A stretch of DNA of 64,000 nt from the NCBI RefSeq assembly GCF_020745735.1, contig NC_083418.1, positions 13,605,588 through 13,669,587 on the forward strand, read 5' to 3'. Positions 15,101 through 30,100 of this stretch are shown piece after piece; the stretch's first letter is position 1; each line of letters opens with the position of its first letter. The position numbers and the translations under genes are program-made. This DNA is from Hemiscyllium ocellatum. Taxonomy: Eukaryota. The notes under the pieces were generated by a model. That model ran no database searches. It saw only the letters and a list, made by a program, of their open reading frames with translations, and was not told the DNA's origin.

Positions 15101-18100
15101 AAGCTTTAAATGTCCTGGTTCTTTTTTGGAAAGGAAAGGAGAATGTTAGAATTTTCACTCTCCTCTAGAGCTTCAGTGCTCTGTTTAATCTTCTGACATT
15201 TTGTTCTTGTCTGACAACACCACACCATTTATATCTTACCTCAGCCATTTACCACATCTACTGGACAGTGGCAATATTGACTTCAGATTTCATAGTTTTT
15301 AAACCATGCCAAGGTTTCCCTTGTAGGATGACATATTCTGATTTTGAGGAAGAGCTTGCAATATTGTTTCATGCAGTTTTATTTTCTTTGAGCATAACTA
15401 CAGAGATGAGCAACAGATCGAACAAATTCAAGGGCAAACGCTGAAATGCAATGATGCCATATCTAGGTTACATTAGGGTCAGTACAATCAGCCAAATGCA
15501 TTTTTGCTGTTTGGAACCTTTCTGTAAATGAAGCATATCCAGGGACATTAGCAACAGTGTAATGAATACGATATATCCTCACAAATAATTTTCCTGTCAA
15601 ATTAGCTAGTTAGAGCATACATGACATTTGCCCATAATTTTAATGTGTCGTCTTCATGTATGGTAATTGCACAGTCATGTTTATTTTCTCATGGTTCCAA
15701 GAACAGCAGCCACTGTCGTCTATATATTGACAGGAAGGTAAATAGTGTGGCTGTGTGAGAATTCATCATGAGATGCCTGTGACATAATTTTCATGCCTTT
15801 TGTCTTCCAGGACAGGCAGTGGTGACTTCTGTAGGTAAATCAGACCTGTGTAACTTTACACTCTGTACCAAGAGCTGTGAGATTGTGAAGTACACAGGCA
15901 AATGTCACACCACTACAGCGCCTACTACAACTCCATCTGAAACTGCAACAACAGTAACAGTAACTCCCACAACTACAGAAACAACAAGATGCTCTTGCCA
16001 CGCCAATGGACAAACATTATCACCTGGTAAGTGTATCAACACAAATAAAATCTTATACCATGACAAATTGCATAGGCAAGCTGGGAATCTTGTCTGATGT
16101 GTGTCTCCATCAACCTCCCAGAACAGTGATCAAGAATGCGCCCTAAACTGGTAATTCCAACATTGTGAAAGGGTTGTTCTTGGCAGTTGCACAAAGTGGA
16201 AACTTTCTTACCTTGTTTCATTTCATCCAACAAATGTCATTGCTTTTCTGCTGGACGAACATGTGCAGGTGGTTTTTCTTTGGGATGTGAAAGAAAAAAG
16301 GAACTGAGTTCAATTTGCACGTACATTAATGTCCTTTGCTCACTTGTCTGTTTATGTCTGCTAACCATTCGTACGCACCATTTAGATGTTTGCCACACCC
16401 ATTTACCTCATCAATCAGCCTGTGTTGATTTCTGATTGCAATGTTCCATGCCAAATCTTGTCTTGCAGAATATGATTGTTTATAATTTTTAGGAAGATCT
16501 CATCTTTTTTGTTTCATCAATTATCTCAGCTTTCTGCAATGCTGAACGAAGCTTTAAATGTCCTGGTTCTTTTTTGGAAAGGAAAGGAGAATGTTAGAAT
16601 TTTCACTCTCCTCTAGAGCTTCAGTGCTCTGTTAATCTTCTGACATTTTTTTCTTGTCTGACGACACCACACCATTTATATCTTACCTCAGCCATTTACC
16701 ACATCTACTGGACAGTGGCAATATTGACTTCAGATTTCATAGTTTTTAAACCATGCCAAGGTTTCCCTTGTAGGATGACATATTCTGATTTTGAGGAAGA
16801 GCTTGCAATATTGTTTCATGCAGTTTTATTTTCTTTGAGCATAACTACAGAGATGAGCAACAGATCGAACAAATTCAAGGGCAAACGCCTGAAATGCAAT
16901 GATGCCATATCTAGGTTACATTAGGGTCAGTACAATCAGCCAAATGCATTTTTGCTGTTTGGAACCTTTCTGTAAATGAAGCATATCCAGGGACATTAGC
17001 AACAGTGTAATGAATGCGATATATCCTCACAAATAATTTTCCTGTCAAATTAGCTAGTTAGAGCATACATGACATTTGCCCATAATTTTAATGTGTCGTC
17101 TTCATGTATGGTAATTGCACAGTCATGTTTATTTTCTCATGGTTCCAAGAACAGCAGCCACTGTCGTCTATATATTGACAGGAAGGTAAATAGTGTGGCT
17201 GTGTGAGAACTCATCATGAGATGCCTGTGACATAATTTTCATGCCTTTTGTCTTCCAGGACAGGCAGTGGTGACTTCTGTAGGTAAATCAGACCTGTGTA
17301 ACTTTACACTCTGTACCAAGAGCTGTGAGATTGTGAAGTACACAGGCAAATGTCACACCACTACAGCGCCTACTACAACTCCATCTGAAACTGCAACAAC
17401 AGTAACAGTAACTCCCACAACTACAGAAACAACAAGATGCTTTTGCCACGCCAATGGACAAACATTATCACCTGGTAAGTGTATCAACACAAATAAAATC
17501 TTATACCATGACAAATTGCATAGGCAAGCTGGGAATCTTGTCTGATGTGTGTCTCCACCAACCTCCCAGAACAGTGATCAAGAATGCGCCCTAAACTGGT
17601 AATTCCAACATTGTGAATGGGTTGTTCTTGGCAGTTGCACAAAGTGGAAACTTTCTTACCTTGTTTCATTTCATCCAACAAAGGTCATTGCTTTTCTGCT
17701 GGATGAACATGTGCAGGTGGTTGTTTCTTTGGGATGTGAAAGAAGAAAGGAACTAAGTTCAATTTGCACGTACATTAATGTCCTTTGCTCACTTGTCTCT
17801 TTATGTCTCCAACCATACGTACACACCATTTAGATGTTTGCCACACCCATTTACCTCATCAATCAGCCTGTGTTGATTTCTGATTGCAATGTTCCATGCC
17901 AAATCTTGTCTTGCAGAATATGATTGTTTATAGTTTTTAGGAAGATCTCATCTTTTTTGTTTCATCAATTATCTCAGCTTTCTGCAATGCTGAACGAAGC
18001 TTTAAATGTCCTGGTTCTTTTTTGGAAAGGAATGGAGAATGTTAGAATTTTCACTCTCCTCTAGAGCTTCAGTGCTCTGTTTAATCTTCTGACATTTTGT

Positions 18101-21100
18101 TCTTGTCTGACAACACCACACCATTTATATCTTATCTCAGCCATTTACCACATCTACTGGACAGTGGCAATATTGACTTCAGATTTCATAGTTTTTAAAC
18201 CATGCCAAGGTTTCCCTTGCAGGATGACATATTCTGATTTTGAGGAAGAGCTTGCAATATTTTTTCATGCAGTTTTATTTTCTTTGAGCATAACTACAGA
18301 GATGAGCAACAGATCGAACAAATTCAAGGGGAAACGCCTGAAATGCAATGATGCTATATCTAGGTTACATTAGGGTCAGTACAATCAGCCAAATGCATTT
18401 TTGCTGTTTGGAACCTTTCTGTAAATGAAGCATATCCAGGGACATTAGCAACAGTGTAATGAATGCGATATATCCTCACAAATAATTTTCCTGTCAAATT
18501 AGCTAGTTAGAGCATACATGACATTTGCCCATAATTTTAATGTGTCGTCTTCATGTATGGTAATTGCACAGTCATGTTTATTTTCTCATGGTTCCAAGAA
18601 CAGCAGCCACTGTCGTCTATATATTGACAGGAAGGTAAATAGTGTGGCTGTGTGAGAACTCATCATGAGATGCCTGTGACATAATTTTCATGCCTTTTGT
18701 CTTCCAGGACAGGCAGTGGTGACTTCTGTAGGTAAATCAGACCTGTGTAACTTTACACTCTGTACCAAGAGCTGTGAGATTGTGAAGTACACAGGCAAAT
18801 GTCACACCACGACAGCGCCTACTACAACTCCATCTGAAACTGCAACAACAGTAACAGTAACTCCCACAACTACAGAAACAACAAGATGCTCTTGCCACGC
18901 CAATGGACAAACATTATCACCTGGTAAGTGTATCAACACAAATAAAATCTTATACCATGACAAATTGCATAGGCAAGCTGGGAATCTTGTCTGAGGTGTG
19001 TCTCCATCAACCTCCCAGAACAGTGACCAAGAATGCGCCCTAAACTGGTAATTCCAACATTGTGAATGGGTTGTTCTTGGCAGTTGCACAAAGTGGAAAC
19101 TTTCTTACCTTGTTTCATTTCATCCAACAAATGTCATTGCTTTTCTGCTGGACGAACATGTGCAGGTGGTTTTTCTTTGGGATGTGAAAGAAAAAGGAAC
19201 TGAGTTCAATTTGCACGTACATTAATGTCCTTTGCTCACTTGTCTGTTTATGTCTGCTAACCATTCGTACGCACCATTTAGATGTTTGCCACACCCATTT
19301 ACCTCATCAATCAGCCTGTGTTGATTTCTGATTGCAATGTTCCATGCCAAATCTTGTCTTGCAGAATATGATTGTTTATAATTTTTAGGAAGATCTCATC
19401 TTTTTTGTTTCATCAATTATCTCAGCTTTCTGCAATGCTGAACGAAGCTTTAAATGTCCTGGTTCTTTTTTGGAAAGGAAAGGAGAATGTTAGAATTTTC
19501 ACTCTCCTCTAGAGCTTCAGTGCTCTGCTTAATCTTCTGACATTTTTTTCTTGTCTGACGACACCACACCATTTATATCTTATCTCAGCCATTTACCACA
19601 TCTACTGGACAGTGGCAATATTGACTTCAGATTTCATAGTTTTTAAACAATGCCAAGTTTTCCCTTGCAGGATGACATATTCTGATTTTGAGGAAGAGCT
19701 TGCAATATTTTTTCATGCAGTTTTATTTCCTTTGAGCATAACTACAGAGATGAGCAACAGATCGAACAAATTCAAGGGCAAACGCCTGAAATGCAATGAT
19801 GCTATATCTAGGTTACATTAGGGTCAGTACAATCAGCCAAATGCATTTTTGCTGTTTGGAACCTTTCTGTAAATGAAGCATCTCCAGGGACATTAGCAAC
19901 AGTGTAATGAATGCGATATATCCTCACAAATAATTTTCCTGTCAAATTAGCTAGTTAGAGCATACATGACATTTGCCCATAATTTTAATGTGTCGTCTTC
20001 ATGTATGGTAATTGCAGTCATGTTTATTTTCTCATGGTTCCAAGAACAGCAGCCACTGTCGTCTATATATTGACAGGAAGGTAAATAGTGTGGCTGTGTG
20101 AGAACTCATCATGAGATGCCTGTGACATAATTTTCATGCCTTTTGTCTTCCAGGACAGGCAGTGGTGACTTCTGTAGGTAAATCAGACCTGTGTAACTTT
20201 ACACTCTGTACCAAGAGCTGTGAGATTGTGAAGTACACAGGCAAATGTCACACCACGACAGCGCCTACTACAACTCCATCTGAAACTGCAACAACAGTAA
20301 CAGTAACTCCCACAACTACAGAAACAACAAGATGCTCTTGCCACGCCAATGGACAAACATTATCACCTGGTAAGTGTATCAACACAAATAAAATCTTATA
20401 CCATGACAAATTGCATAGGCAAGCTGGGAATCTTGTCTGATGTGTGTCTCCATCAACCTCCCAGAACAGTGATCAAGAATGCGCCCTAAACTGGTAATTC
20501 CAACATTGTGAATGGGTTGTTCTTGGCAGTTGCACAAAGTGGAAACTTTCTTACCTTGTTTCATTTCATCCAACAAATGTCATTGCTTTTCTGCTGGACG
20601 AACATGTGCAGGTGGTTTTTCTTTGGGATGTGAAAGAAAAAAGGAACTGAGTTCAATTTGCACGTACATTAATGTCCTTTGCTCACTTGTCTGTTTATGT
20701 CTGCTAACCATTCGTACGCACCATTTAGATGTTTGCCACACCCATTTACCTCATCAATCAGCCTGTGTTGATTTCTGATTGCAATGTTCCATGCCAAATC
20801 TTGTCTTGCAGAATATGATTGTTTATAATTTTTAGGAAGATCTCATCTTTTTTGTTTCATCAATTATCTCAGCTTTCTGCAATGCTGAACGAAGCTTTAA
20901 ATGTCCTGGTTCTTTTTTGGAAAGGAAAGGAGAATGTTAGAATTTTCACTCTCCTCTAGAGCTTCAGTGCTCTGTTAAATCTTCTGACATTTTTTTTCTT
21001 GTCTGACAACACCACACCATTTATATCTTATCTCAGCCATTTACCACATCTACTGGACAGTGGCAATATTGACTTCAGATTTCATAGTTTTTAAACCATG

Positions 21101-24100
21101 CCAAGTTTTCCCTTGCAGGATGACATATTCTGATTTTGAGGAAGAGCTTGCAATATTGTTTCATGCAGTTTTATTTTCTTTGAGCATAACTACAGAGATG
21201 AGCAACAGATCGAACAAATTCAAGGGCAAACGCCTGAAATGCAATGATGCTATATCTAGGTTACATTAGGGTCAGTACAATCAGCCAAATGCATTTTTGC
21301 TGTTTGGAACCTTTCTGTAAATGAAGCATATCCAGGGACATTAGCAACAGTGTAATGAATACGATATATCCTCACAAATAATTTTCCTGTCAAATTAGCT
21401 AGTTAGAGCATACATGACATTTGCCCATAATTTTAATGTGTCGTCTTCATGTATGGTAATTGCACAGTCATGTTTATTTTCTCATGGTTCCAAGAACAGC
21501 AGCCACTGTCGTCTATATATTGACAGGAAGGTAAATAGTGTGGCTGTGTGAGAACTCATCATGAGATGCCTGTGACATAATTTTCATGCCTTTTGTCTTC
21601 CAGGACAGGCAGTGGTGACTTCTGTAGGTAAATCAGACCTGTGTAACTTTACACTCTGTACCAAGAGCTGTGAGATTGTGAAGTACACAGGCAAATGTCA
21701 CACCACTACAGCGCCTACTACAACTCCATCTGAAACTGCAACAACAGTAACAGTAACTCCCACAACTACAGAAACAACAAGATGCTCTTGCCACGCCAAT
21801 GGACAAACATTATCACCTGGTAAGTGTATCAACACACATAAAATCTTATACCATGACAAATTGCATAGGCAAGCTGGGAATCTTGTCTGATGTGTGTCTC
21901 CATCAACCTCCCAGAACAGTGATCAAGAATGCGCCCTAAACTGGTAATTCCAACATTGTGAATGGGTTGTTTTTGGCAGTTGCACAAAGTGGAAACTTTC
22001 TTACCTTGTTTCATTTCATCCAACAAAGGTCATTGCTTTTCTGCTGGATGAACATGTGCAGGTGGTTGTTTCTTTGGGATGTGAAAGAAGAAAGGAACTA
22101 AGTTCAATTTGCACGTACATTAATGTCCTTTGCTCACTTGTCTGTTTATGTCTGCTAACCATACGTACACACCCTTTAGATGTTTGCCACACCCATTTAC
22201 CTCATCAATCAGCCTGTGTTGATTTCTGATTGCAATGTTCCATGCCAAATCTTGTCTTGCAGAATATGATTGTTTATAGTTTTTAGGAAGATCTCATCTT
22301 TTTTGTTTCATCAATTATCTCAGCTTTCTGCAATGCTGAACGAAGCTTTAAATGTCCTGGTTCTTTTTTGGAAAGGAAAGGAGAATGTTAGAATTTTCAC
22401 TCTCCTCTAGAGCTTCAGTGCTCTGCTTAATCTTCTGACATTTTTTTCTTGTCTGACAACACCACACCATTTATATCTTATCTCAGCCATTTACCACATC
22501 TATTGGACAGTGGCAATATTGACTTCAGATTTCATAGTTTTTAAACCATGCCAAGTTTTCCCTTGCAGGATGACATATTCTGATTTTGAGGAAGATCTTG
22601 CAATGTTTTTTCATGCAGTTTGAGTTTCTTTGAGCATAACTACAGAGATGAGCAACAGAGCGAACAAATTCGAGGGCAAACACCTGAAATGCAATGATGC
22701 TATATCTAGGTTACATTAGGGTCAGTACAATCAGCCAAATGCATTTTTGCTGTTTGGAACCTTTCTGTAAATGAAGCATATCCAGGGACATTAGCAACAG
22801 TGTAATGAATGCGATATATCCTCACAAATAATTTTCCTGTCAAATTAGCTAGTTAGAGCATACATGACATTTGCCCATAATTTTAATGTGTCGTCTTCAT
22901 GTATGGTAATTGCACAGTCATGTTTATTTTCTCATGGTTCCAAGAACAGCAGCCACTGTCGTCTATATATTGACAGGAAGGTAAATAGTGTGGCTGTGTG
23001 AGAACTCATCATGAGATGCCTGTGACATAATTTTCATGCCTTTTGTCTTCCAGGACAGGCAGTGGTGACTTCTGTAGGTAAATCAGACCTGTGTAACTTT
23101 ACACTCTGTACCAAGAGCTGTGAGATTGTGAAGTACACAGGCAAATGTCACACCACGACAGCGCCTACTACAACTCCATCTGAAACTGCAACAACAGTAA
23201 CAGTAACTCCCACAACTACAGAAACAACAAGATGCTCTTGCCACGCCAATGGACAAACATTATCACCTGGTAAGTGTATCAACACAAATAAAATCTTATA
23301 CCATGACAAATTGCATAGGCAAGCTGGGAATCTTGTCTGAGGTGTGTCTCCATCAACCTCCCAGAACAGTGACCAAGAATGCGCCCTAAACTGGTAATTC
23401 CAACATTGTGAATGGGTTGTTCTTGGCAGTTGCACAAAGTGGAAACTTTCTTACCTTGTTTCATTTCATCCAACAAATGTCATTGCTTTTCTGCTGGATG
23501 AACATGTGCAGGTGGTTTTTCTTTGGGATGTGAAAGAAAAAAGGAACTGAGTTCAATTTGCACGTACATTAATGTCCTTTGCTCACTTGTCTGTTTATGT
23601 CTGCTAACCATTCGTACGCACCATTTAGATGTTTGCCACACCCATTTACCTCATCAATCAGCCTGTGTTGATTTCTGATTGCAATGTTCCATGCCAAATC
23701 TTGTCTTGCAGAATATGATTGTTTATAATTTTTAGGAAGATCTCATCTTTTTTGTTTCATCAATTATCTCAGCTTTCTGCAATGCTGAACGAAGCTTTAA
23801 ATGTCCTGGTTCTTTTTTGGAAAGGAAAGGAGAATGTTAGAATTTTCACTCTCCTCTAGAGCTTCAGTGCTCTGCTTAATCTTCTGACATTTTTTTCTTG
23901 TCTGACGACACCACACCATTTATATCTTATCTCAGCCATTTACCACATCTACTGGACAGTGGCAATATTGACTTCAGATTTCATAGTTTTTAAACAATGC
24001 CAAGTTTTTCCTTGCAGGATGACATATTCTGATTTTGAGGAAGAGCTTGCAATATTTTTTCATGCAGTTTTATTTCCTTTGAGCATAACTACAGAGATGA

Positions 24101-27100
24101 GCAACAGATCGAACAAATTCAAGGGCAAACGCCTGAAATGCAATGATGCTATATCTAGGTTACATTAGGGTCAGTACAATCAGCCAAATGCATTTTTGCT
24201 GTTTGGAACCTTTCTGTAAATGAAGCATATCCAGGGACATTAGCAACAGTGTAATGAATGCGATATATCCTCACAAATAATTTTCCTGTCAAATTAGCTA
24301 GTTAGAGCATACATGACATTTGCCCATAATTTTAATGTGTCGTCTTCATGTATGGTAATTGCAGTCATGTTTATTTTCTCATGGTTCCAAGAACAGCAGC
24401 CACTGTCGTCTATATATTGACAGGAAGGTAAATAGTGTGGCTGTGTGAGAACTCATCATGAGATGCCTGTGACATAATTTTCATGCCTTTTGTCTTCCAG
24501 GACAGGCAGTGGTGACTTCTGTAGGTAAATCAGACCTGTGTAACTTTACACTCTGTACCAAGAGCTGTGAGATTGTGAAGTACACAGGCAAATGTCACAC
24601 CACTACAGCGCCTACTACAACTCCATCTGAAACTGCAACAACAGTAACAGTAACTCCCACAACTACAGAAACAACAAGATGCTCTTGCCACGCCAATGGA
24701 CAAACATTATCACCTGGTAAGTGTATCAACACACATAAAATCTTATACCATGACAAATTGCATAGGCAAGCTGGGAATCTTGTCTGATGTGTGTCCATCA
24801 ACCTCCCAGAACAGTGATCAAGAATGCGCCCTAAACTGGTAATTCCAACATTGTGAATGGGTTGTTTTTGGCAGTTGCACAAAGTGGAAACTTTCTTACC
24901 TTGTTTCATTTCATCCAACAAATGTCATTGCTTTTCTGCTGGACGAACATGTGCAGGTGGTTTTTCTTTGGGATGTGAAAGAAAAAAGGAACTGAGTTCA
25001 ATTTGCACGTACATTAATGTCCTTTGCTCACTTGTCTGTTTATGTCTGCTAACCATTCGTACGCACCATTTAGATGTTTGCCACACCCATTTACCTCATC
25101 AATCAGCCTGTGTTGATTTCTGATTGCAATGTTCCATGCCAAATCTTGTCTTGCAGAATATGATTGTTTATAATTTTTAGGAAGATCTCATCTTTTTTGT
25201 TTCATCAATTATCTCAGCTTTCTGCAATGCTGAACGAAGCTTTAAATGTCCTGGTTCTTTTTTGGAAAGGAAAGGAGAATGTTAGAATTTTCACTCTCCT
25301 CTAGAGCTTCAGTGCTCTGCTTAATCTTCTGACATTTTTTTCTTGTCTGACAACACCACACCATTTATATCTTATCTCAGCCATTTACCACATCTATTGG
25401 AGAGTGGCAATATTGACTTCAGATTTCATAGTTTTTAAACCATGCCAAGTTTTCCCTTGCAGGATGACATATTCTGATTTTGAGGAAGATCTTGCAATGT
25501 TTTTTCATGCAGTTTGAGTTTCTTTGAGCATAACTACAGAGATGAGCAACAGAGCGAACAAATTCGAGGGCAAACACCTGAAATGCAATGATGCTATATC
25601 TAGGTTACATTAGGGTCAGTACAATCAGCCAAATGCATTTTTGCTGTTTGGAACCTTTCTGTAAATGAAGCATATCCAGGGACATTAGCAACAGTGTAAT
25701 GAATACGATATATCCTCACAAATAATTTTCCTGTCAAATTAGCTAGTTAGAGCATACATGACATTTGCCCATAATTTTAATGTGTCGTCTTCATGTATGG
25801 TAATTGCACAGTCATGTTTATTTTCTCATGGTTCCAAGAACAGCAGCCACTGTCGTCTATATATTGACAGGAAGGTAAATAGTGTGGCTGTGTGAGAACT
25901 CATCATGAGATGCCTGTGACATAATTTTCATGCCTTTTGTCTTCCAGGACAGGCAGTGGTGACTTCTGTAGGTAAATCAGACCTGTGTAACTTTACACTC
26001 TGTACCAAGAGCTGTGAGATTGTGAAGTACACAGGCAAATGTCACACCACTACAGCGCCTACTACAACTCCATCTGAAACTGCAACAACAGTAACAGTAA
26101 CTCCCACAACTACAGAAACAACAAGATGCTCTTGCCACGCCAATGGACAAACATTATCACCTGGTAAGTGTATCAACACACATAAAATCTTATACCATGA
26201 CAAATTGCATAGGCAAGCTGGGAATCTTGTCTGATGTGTGTCTCCATCAACCTCCCAGAACAGTGATCAAGAATGCGCCCTAAACTGGTAATTCCAACAT
26301 TGTGAATGGGTTGTTTTTGGCAGTTGCACAAAGTGGAAACTTTCTTACCTTGTTTCATTTCATCCAACAAATGTCATTGCTTTTCTGCTGGATGAACATG
26401 TGCAGGTGGTTGTTTCTTTGGGATGTGAAAGAAGAAAGGAACTAAGTTCAATTTGCACGTACATTAATGTCCTTTGCTCACTTGTCTGTTTATGTCTGCT
26501 AACCATACGTACACACCATTTAGATGTTTGCCACACCCATTTACCTCATCAATCAGCCTGTGTTGATTTCTGATTGCAATGTTCCATGCCAAATCTTGTC
26601 TTGCAGAATATGATTGTTTATAATTTTTAGGAAGATCTCATCTTTTTTGTTTCATCAATTATCTCAGCTTTCTGCAATGCTGAACGAAGCTTTAAATGTC
26701 CTGGTTCTTTTTTGGAAAGGAAAGGAGAATGTTAGAATTTTCACTCTCCTCTAGAGCTTCAGTGCTCTGTTTAATCTTCTGACATTTTGTTCTTGTCTGA
26801 CGACACCACACCATTTATATCTTATCTCAGCCATTTACCACATCTACTGGACAGTGGCAATATTGACTTCAGATTTCATAGTTTTTAAACCATGCCAAGT
26901 TTTCCCTTGCAGGATGACATATTCTGATTTTGAGGAAGAGCTTGCAATATTTTTTCATGCAGTTTTATTTCCTTTGAGCATAACTACAGAGATGAGCAAC
27001 AGATCGAACAAATTCAAGGGCAAACGCCTGAAATGCAATGATGCTATATCTAGGTTACATTAGGGTCAGTACAATCAGCCAAATGCATTTTTGCTGTTTG

Positions 27101-30100
27101 GAACCTTTCTGTAAATGAAGCATATCCAGGGACATTAGCAACAGTGTAATGAATGCGATATATCCTCACAAATAATTTTCCTGTCAAATTAGCTAGTTAG
27201 AGCATACATGACATTTGCCCATAATTTTAATGTGTCGTCTTCATGTATGGTAATTGCACAGTCATGTTTATTTTCTCATGGTTCCAAGAACAGCAGCCAC
27301 TGTCGTCTATATATTGACAGGAAGGTAAATAGTGTGGCTGTGTGAGAACTCATCATGAGATGCCTGTGACATAATTTTCATGCCTTTTGTCTTCCAGGAC
27401 AGGCAGTGGTGACTTCTGTAGGTAAATCAGACCTGTGTAACTTTACACTCTGTACCAAGAGCTGTGAGATTGTGAAGTACACAGGCAAATGTCACACCAC
27501 TACAGCGCCTACTACAACTCCATCTGAAACTGCAACAACAGTAACAGTAACTCCCACAACTACAGAAACAACAAGATGCTCTTGCCACGCCAATGGACAA
27601 ACATTATCACCTGGTAAGTGTTTCAGCACAAATAAAATCTTATACCATGGCAAATTGCATAGGCAAGCTGGGAATCTTGTCTGATGTGTGTCTCCACCAA
27701 CCTCCCAGAACAGTGATCAAGAATGCGCCCTAAACTGGTAATTCCAACATTGTGAATGGGTTGTTCTTGGCAGTTGCACAAAGTGGAAACTTTCTTACCT
27801 TGTTTCATTTCATCCAACAAATGTCATTGCTTTTCTGCTGGACGAACATGTGCAGGTGGTTTTTCTTTGGGATGTGAAAGAAAAAAGGAACTGAGTTCAA
27901 TTTGCACGTACATTAATGTCCTTTGCTCACTTGTCTGTTTATGTCTGCTAACCATTCGTACGCACCATTTAGATGTTTGCCACACCCATTTACCTCATCA
28001 ATCAGCCTGTGTTGATTTCTGATTGCAATGTTCCATGCCAAATCTTGTCTTGCAGAATATGATTGTTTATAATTTTTAGGAAGATCTCATCTTTTTTGTT
28101 TCATCAATTATCTCAGCTTTCTGCAATGCTGAACGAAGCTTTAAATGTCCTGGTTCTTTTTTGGAAAGGAAAGGAGAATGTTAGAATTTTCACTCTCCTC
28201 TAGAGCTTCAGTGCTCTGTTTAATCTTCTGACATTTTTTTCTTGTCTGACGACACCACACCATTTATATCTTACCTCAGCCATTTACCACATCTACTGGA
28301 CAGTGGCAATATTGACTTCAGATTTCATAGTTTTTAAACCATGCCAAGGTTTCCCTTGTAGGATGACATATTCTGATTTTGAGGAAGAGCTTGCAATATT
28401 GTTTCATGCAGTTTTATTTTCTTTGAGCATAACTACAGAGATGAGCAACAGATCGAACAAATTCAAGGGCAAACGCCTGAAATGCAATGATGCCATATCT
28501 AGGTTACATCAGTACAATCAGCCAAATGCATTTTTGCTGTTTGGAACCTTTCTGTAAATGAAGCATATCCAGGGACATTAGCAACAGTGTAATGAATACG
28601 ATATATCCTCACAAATAATTTTCCTGTCAAATTAGCTAGTTAGAGCATACATGACATTTGCCCATAATTTTAATGTGTCGTCTTCATGTATGGTAATTGC
28701 ACAGTCATGTTTATTTTCTCATGGTTCCAAGAACAGCAGCCACTGTCGTCTATATATTGACAGGAAGGTAAATAGTGTGGCTGTGTGAGAACTCATCATG
28801 AGATGCCTGTGACATAATTTTCATGCCTTTTGTCTTCCAGGACAGGCAGTGGTGACTTCTGTAGGTAAATCAGACCTGTGTAACTTTACACTCTGTACCA
28901 AGAGCTGTGAGATTGTGAAGTACACAGGCAAATGTCACACCACTACAGCGCCTACTACAACTCCATCTGAAACTGCAACAACAGTAACAGTAACTCCCAC
29001 AACTACAGAAACAACAAGATGCTTTTGCCACGCCAATGGACAAACATTATCACCTGGTAAGTGTATCAACACAAATAAAATCTTATACCATGACAAATTG
29101 CATAGGCAAGCTGGGAATCTTGTCTGATGTGTGTCTCCACCAACCTCCCAGAACAGTGATCAAGAATGCGCCCTAAACTGGTAATTCCAACATTGTGAAT
29201 GGGTTGTCCTTGGCAGTTGCACAAAGTGGAAACTTTCTTACCTTGTTTCATTTCATCCAACAAAGGTCATTGCTTTTCTGCTGGATGAACATGTGCAGGT
29301 GGTTGTTTCTTTGGGATGTGAAAGAAGAAAGGAACTAAGTTCAATTTGCACGTACATTAATGTCCTTTGCTCACTTGTCTCTTTATGTCTCCAACCATAC
29401 GTACACACCATTTAGATGTTTGCCACACCCATTTACCTCATCAATCAGCCTGTGTTGATTTCTGATTGCAATGTTCCATGCCAAATCTTGTCTTGCAGAA
29501 TATGATTGTTTATAGTTTTTAGGAAGATCTCATCTTTTTTGTTTCATCAATTATCTCAGCTTTCTGCAATGCTGAACGAAGCTTTAAATGTCCTGGTTCT
29601 TTTTTGGAAAGGAATGGAGAATGTTAGAATTTTCACTCTCCTCTAGAGCTTCAGTGCTCTGTTTAATCTTATGACATTTTGTTCTTGTCTGACAACACCA
29701 CACCATTTATATCTTATCTCAGCCATTTACCACATCTCCTGGACAGTGGCAATATTGACTTCAGATTTCATAGTTTTTAAACCATGCCAAGGTTTCCCTT
29801 GCAGGATGACATATTCTGATTTTGAGGAAGCGCTTGCAATATTTTTTCATGCAGTTTTATTTTCTTTGAGCATAACTACAGAGATGAGCAACAGATCGAA
29901 CAAATTCAAGGGGAAACGCCTGAAATGCAATGATGCTATATCTAGGTTACATTAGGGTCAGTACAATCAGCCAAATGCATTTTTGCTGTTTGGAACCTTT
30001 CTGTAAATGAAGCATATCCAGGGACATTAGCAACAGTGTAATGAATGCGATATATCCTCACAAATAATTTTCCTGTCAAATTAGCTAGTTAGAGCATACA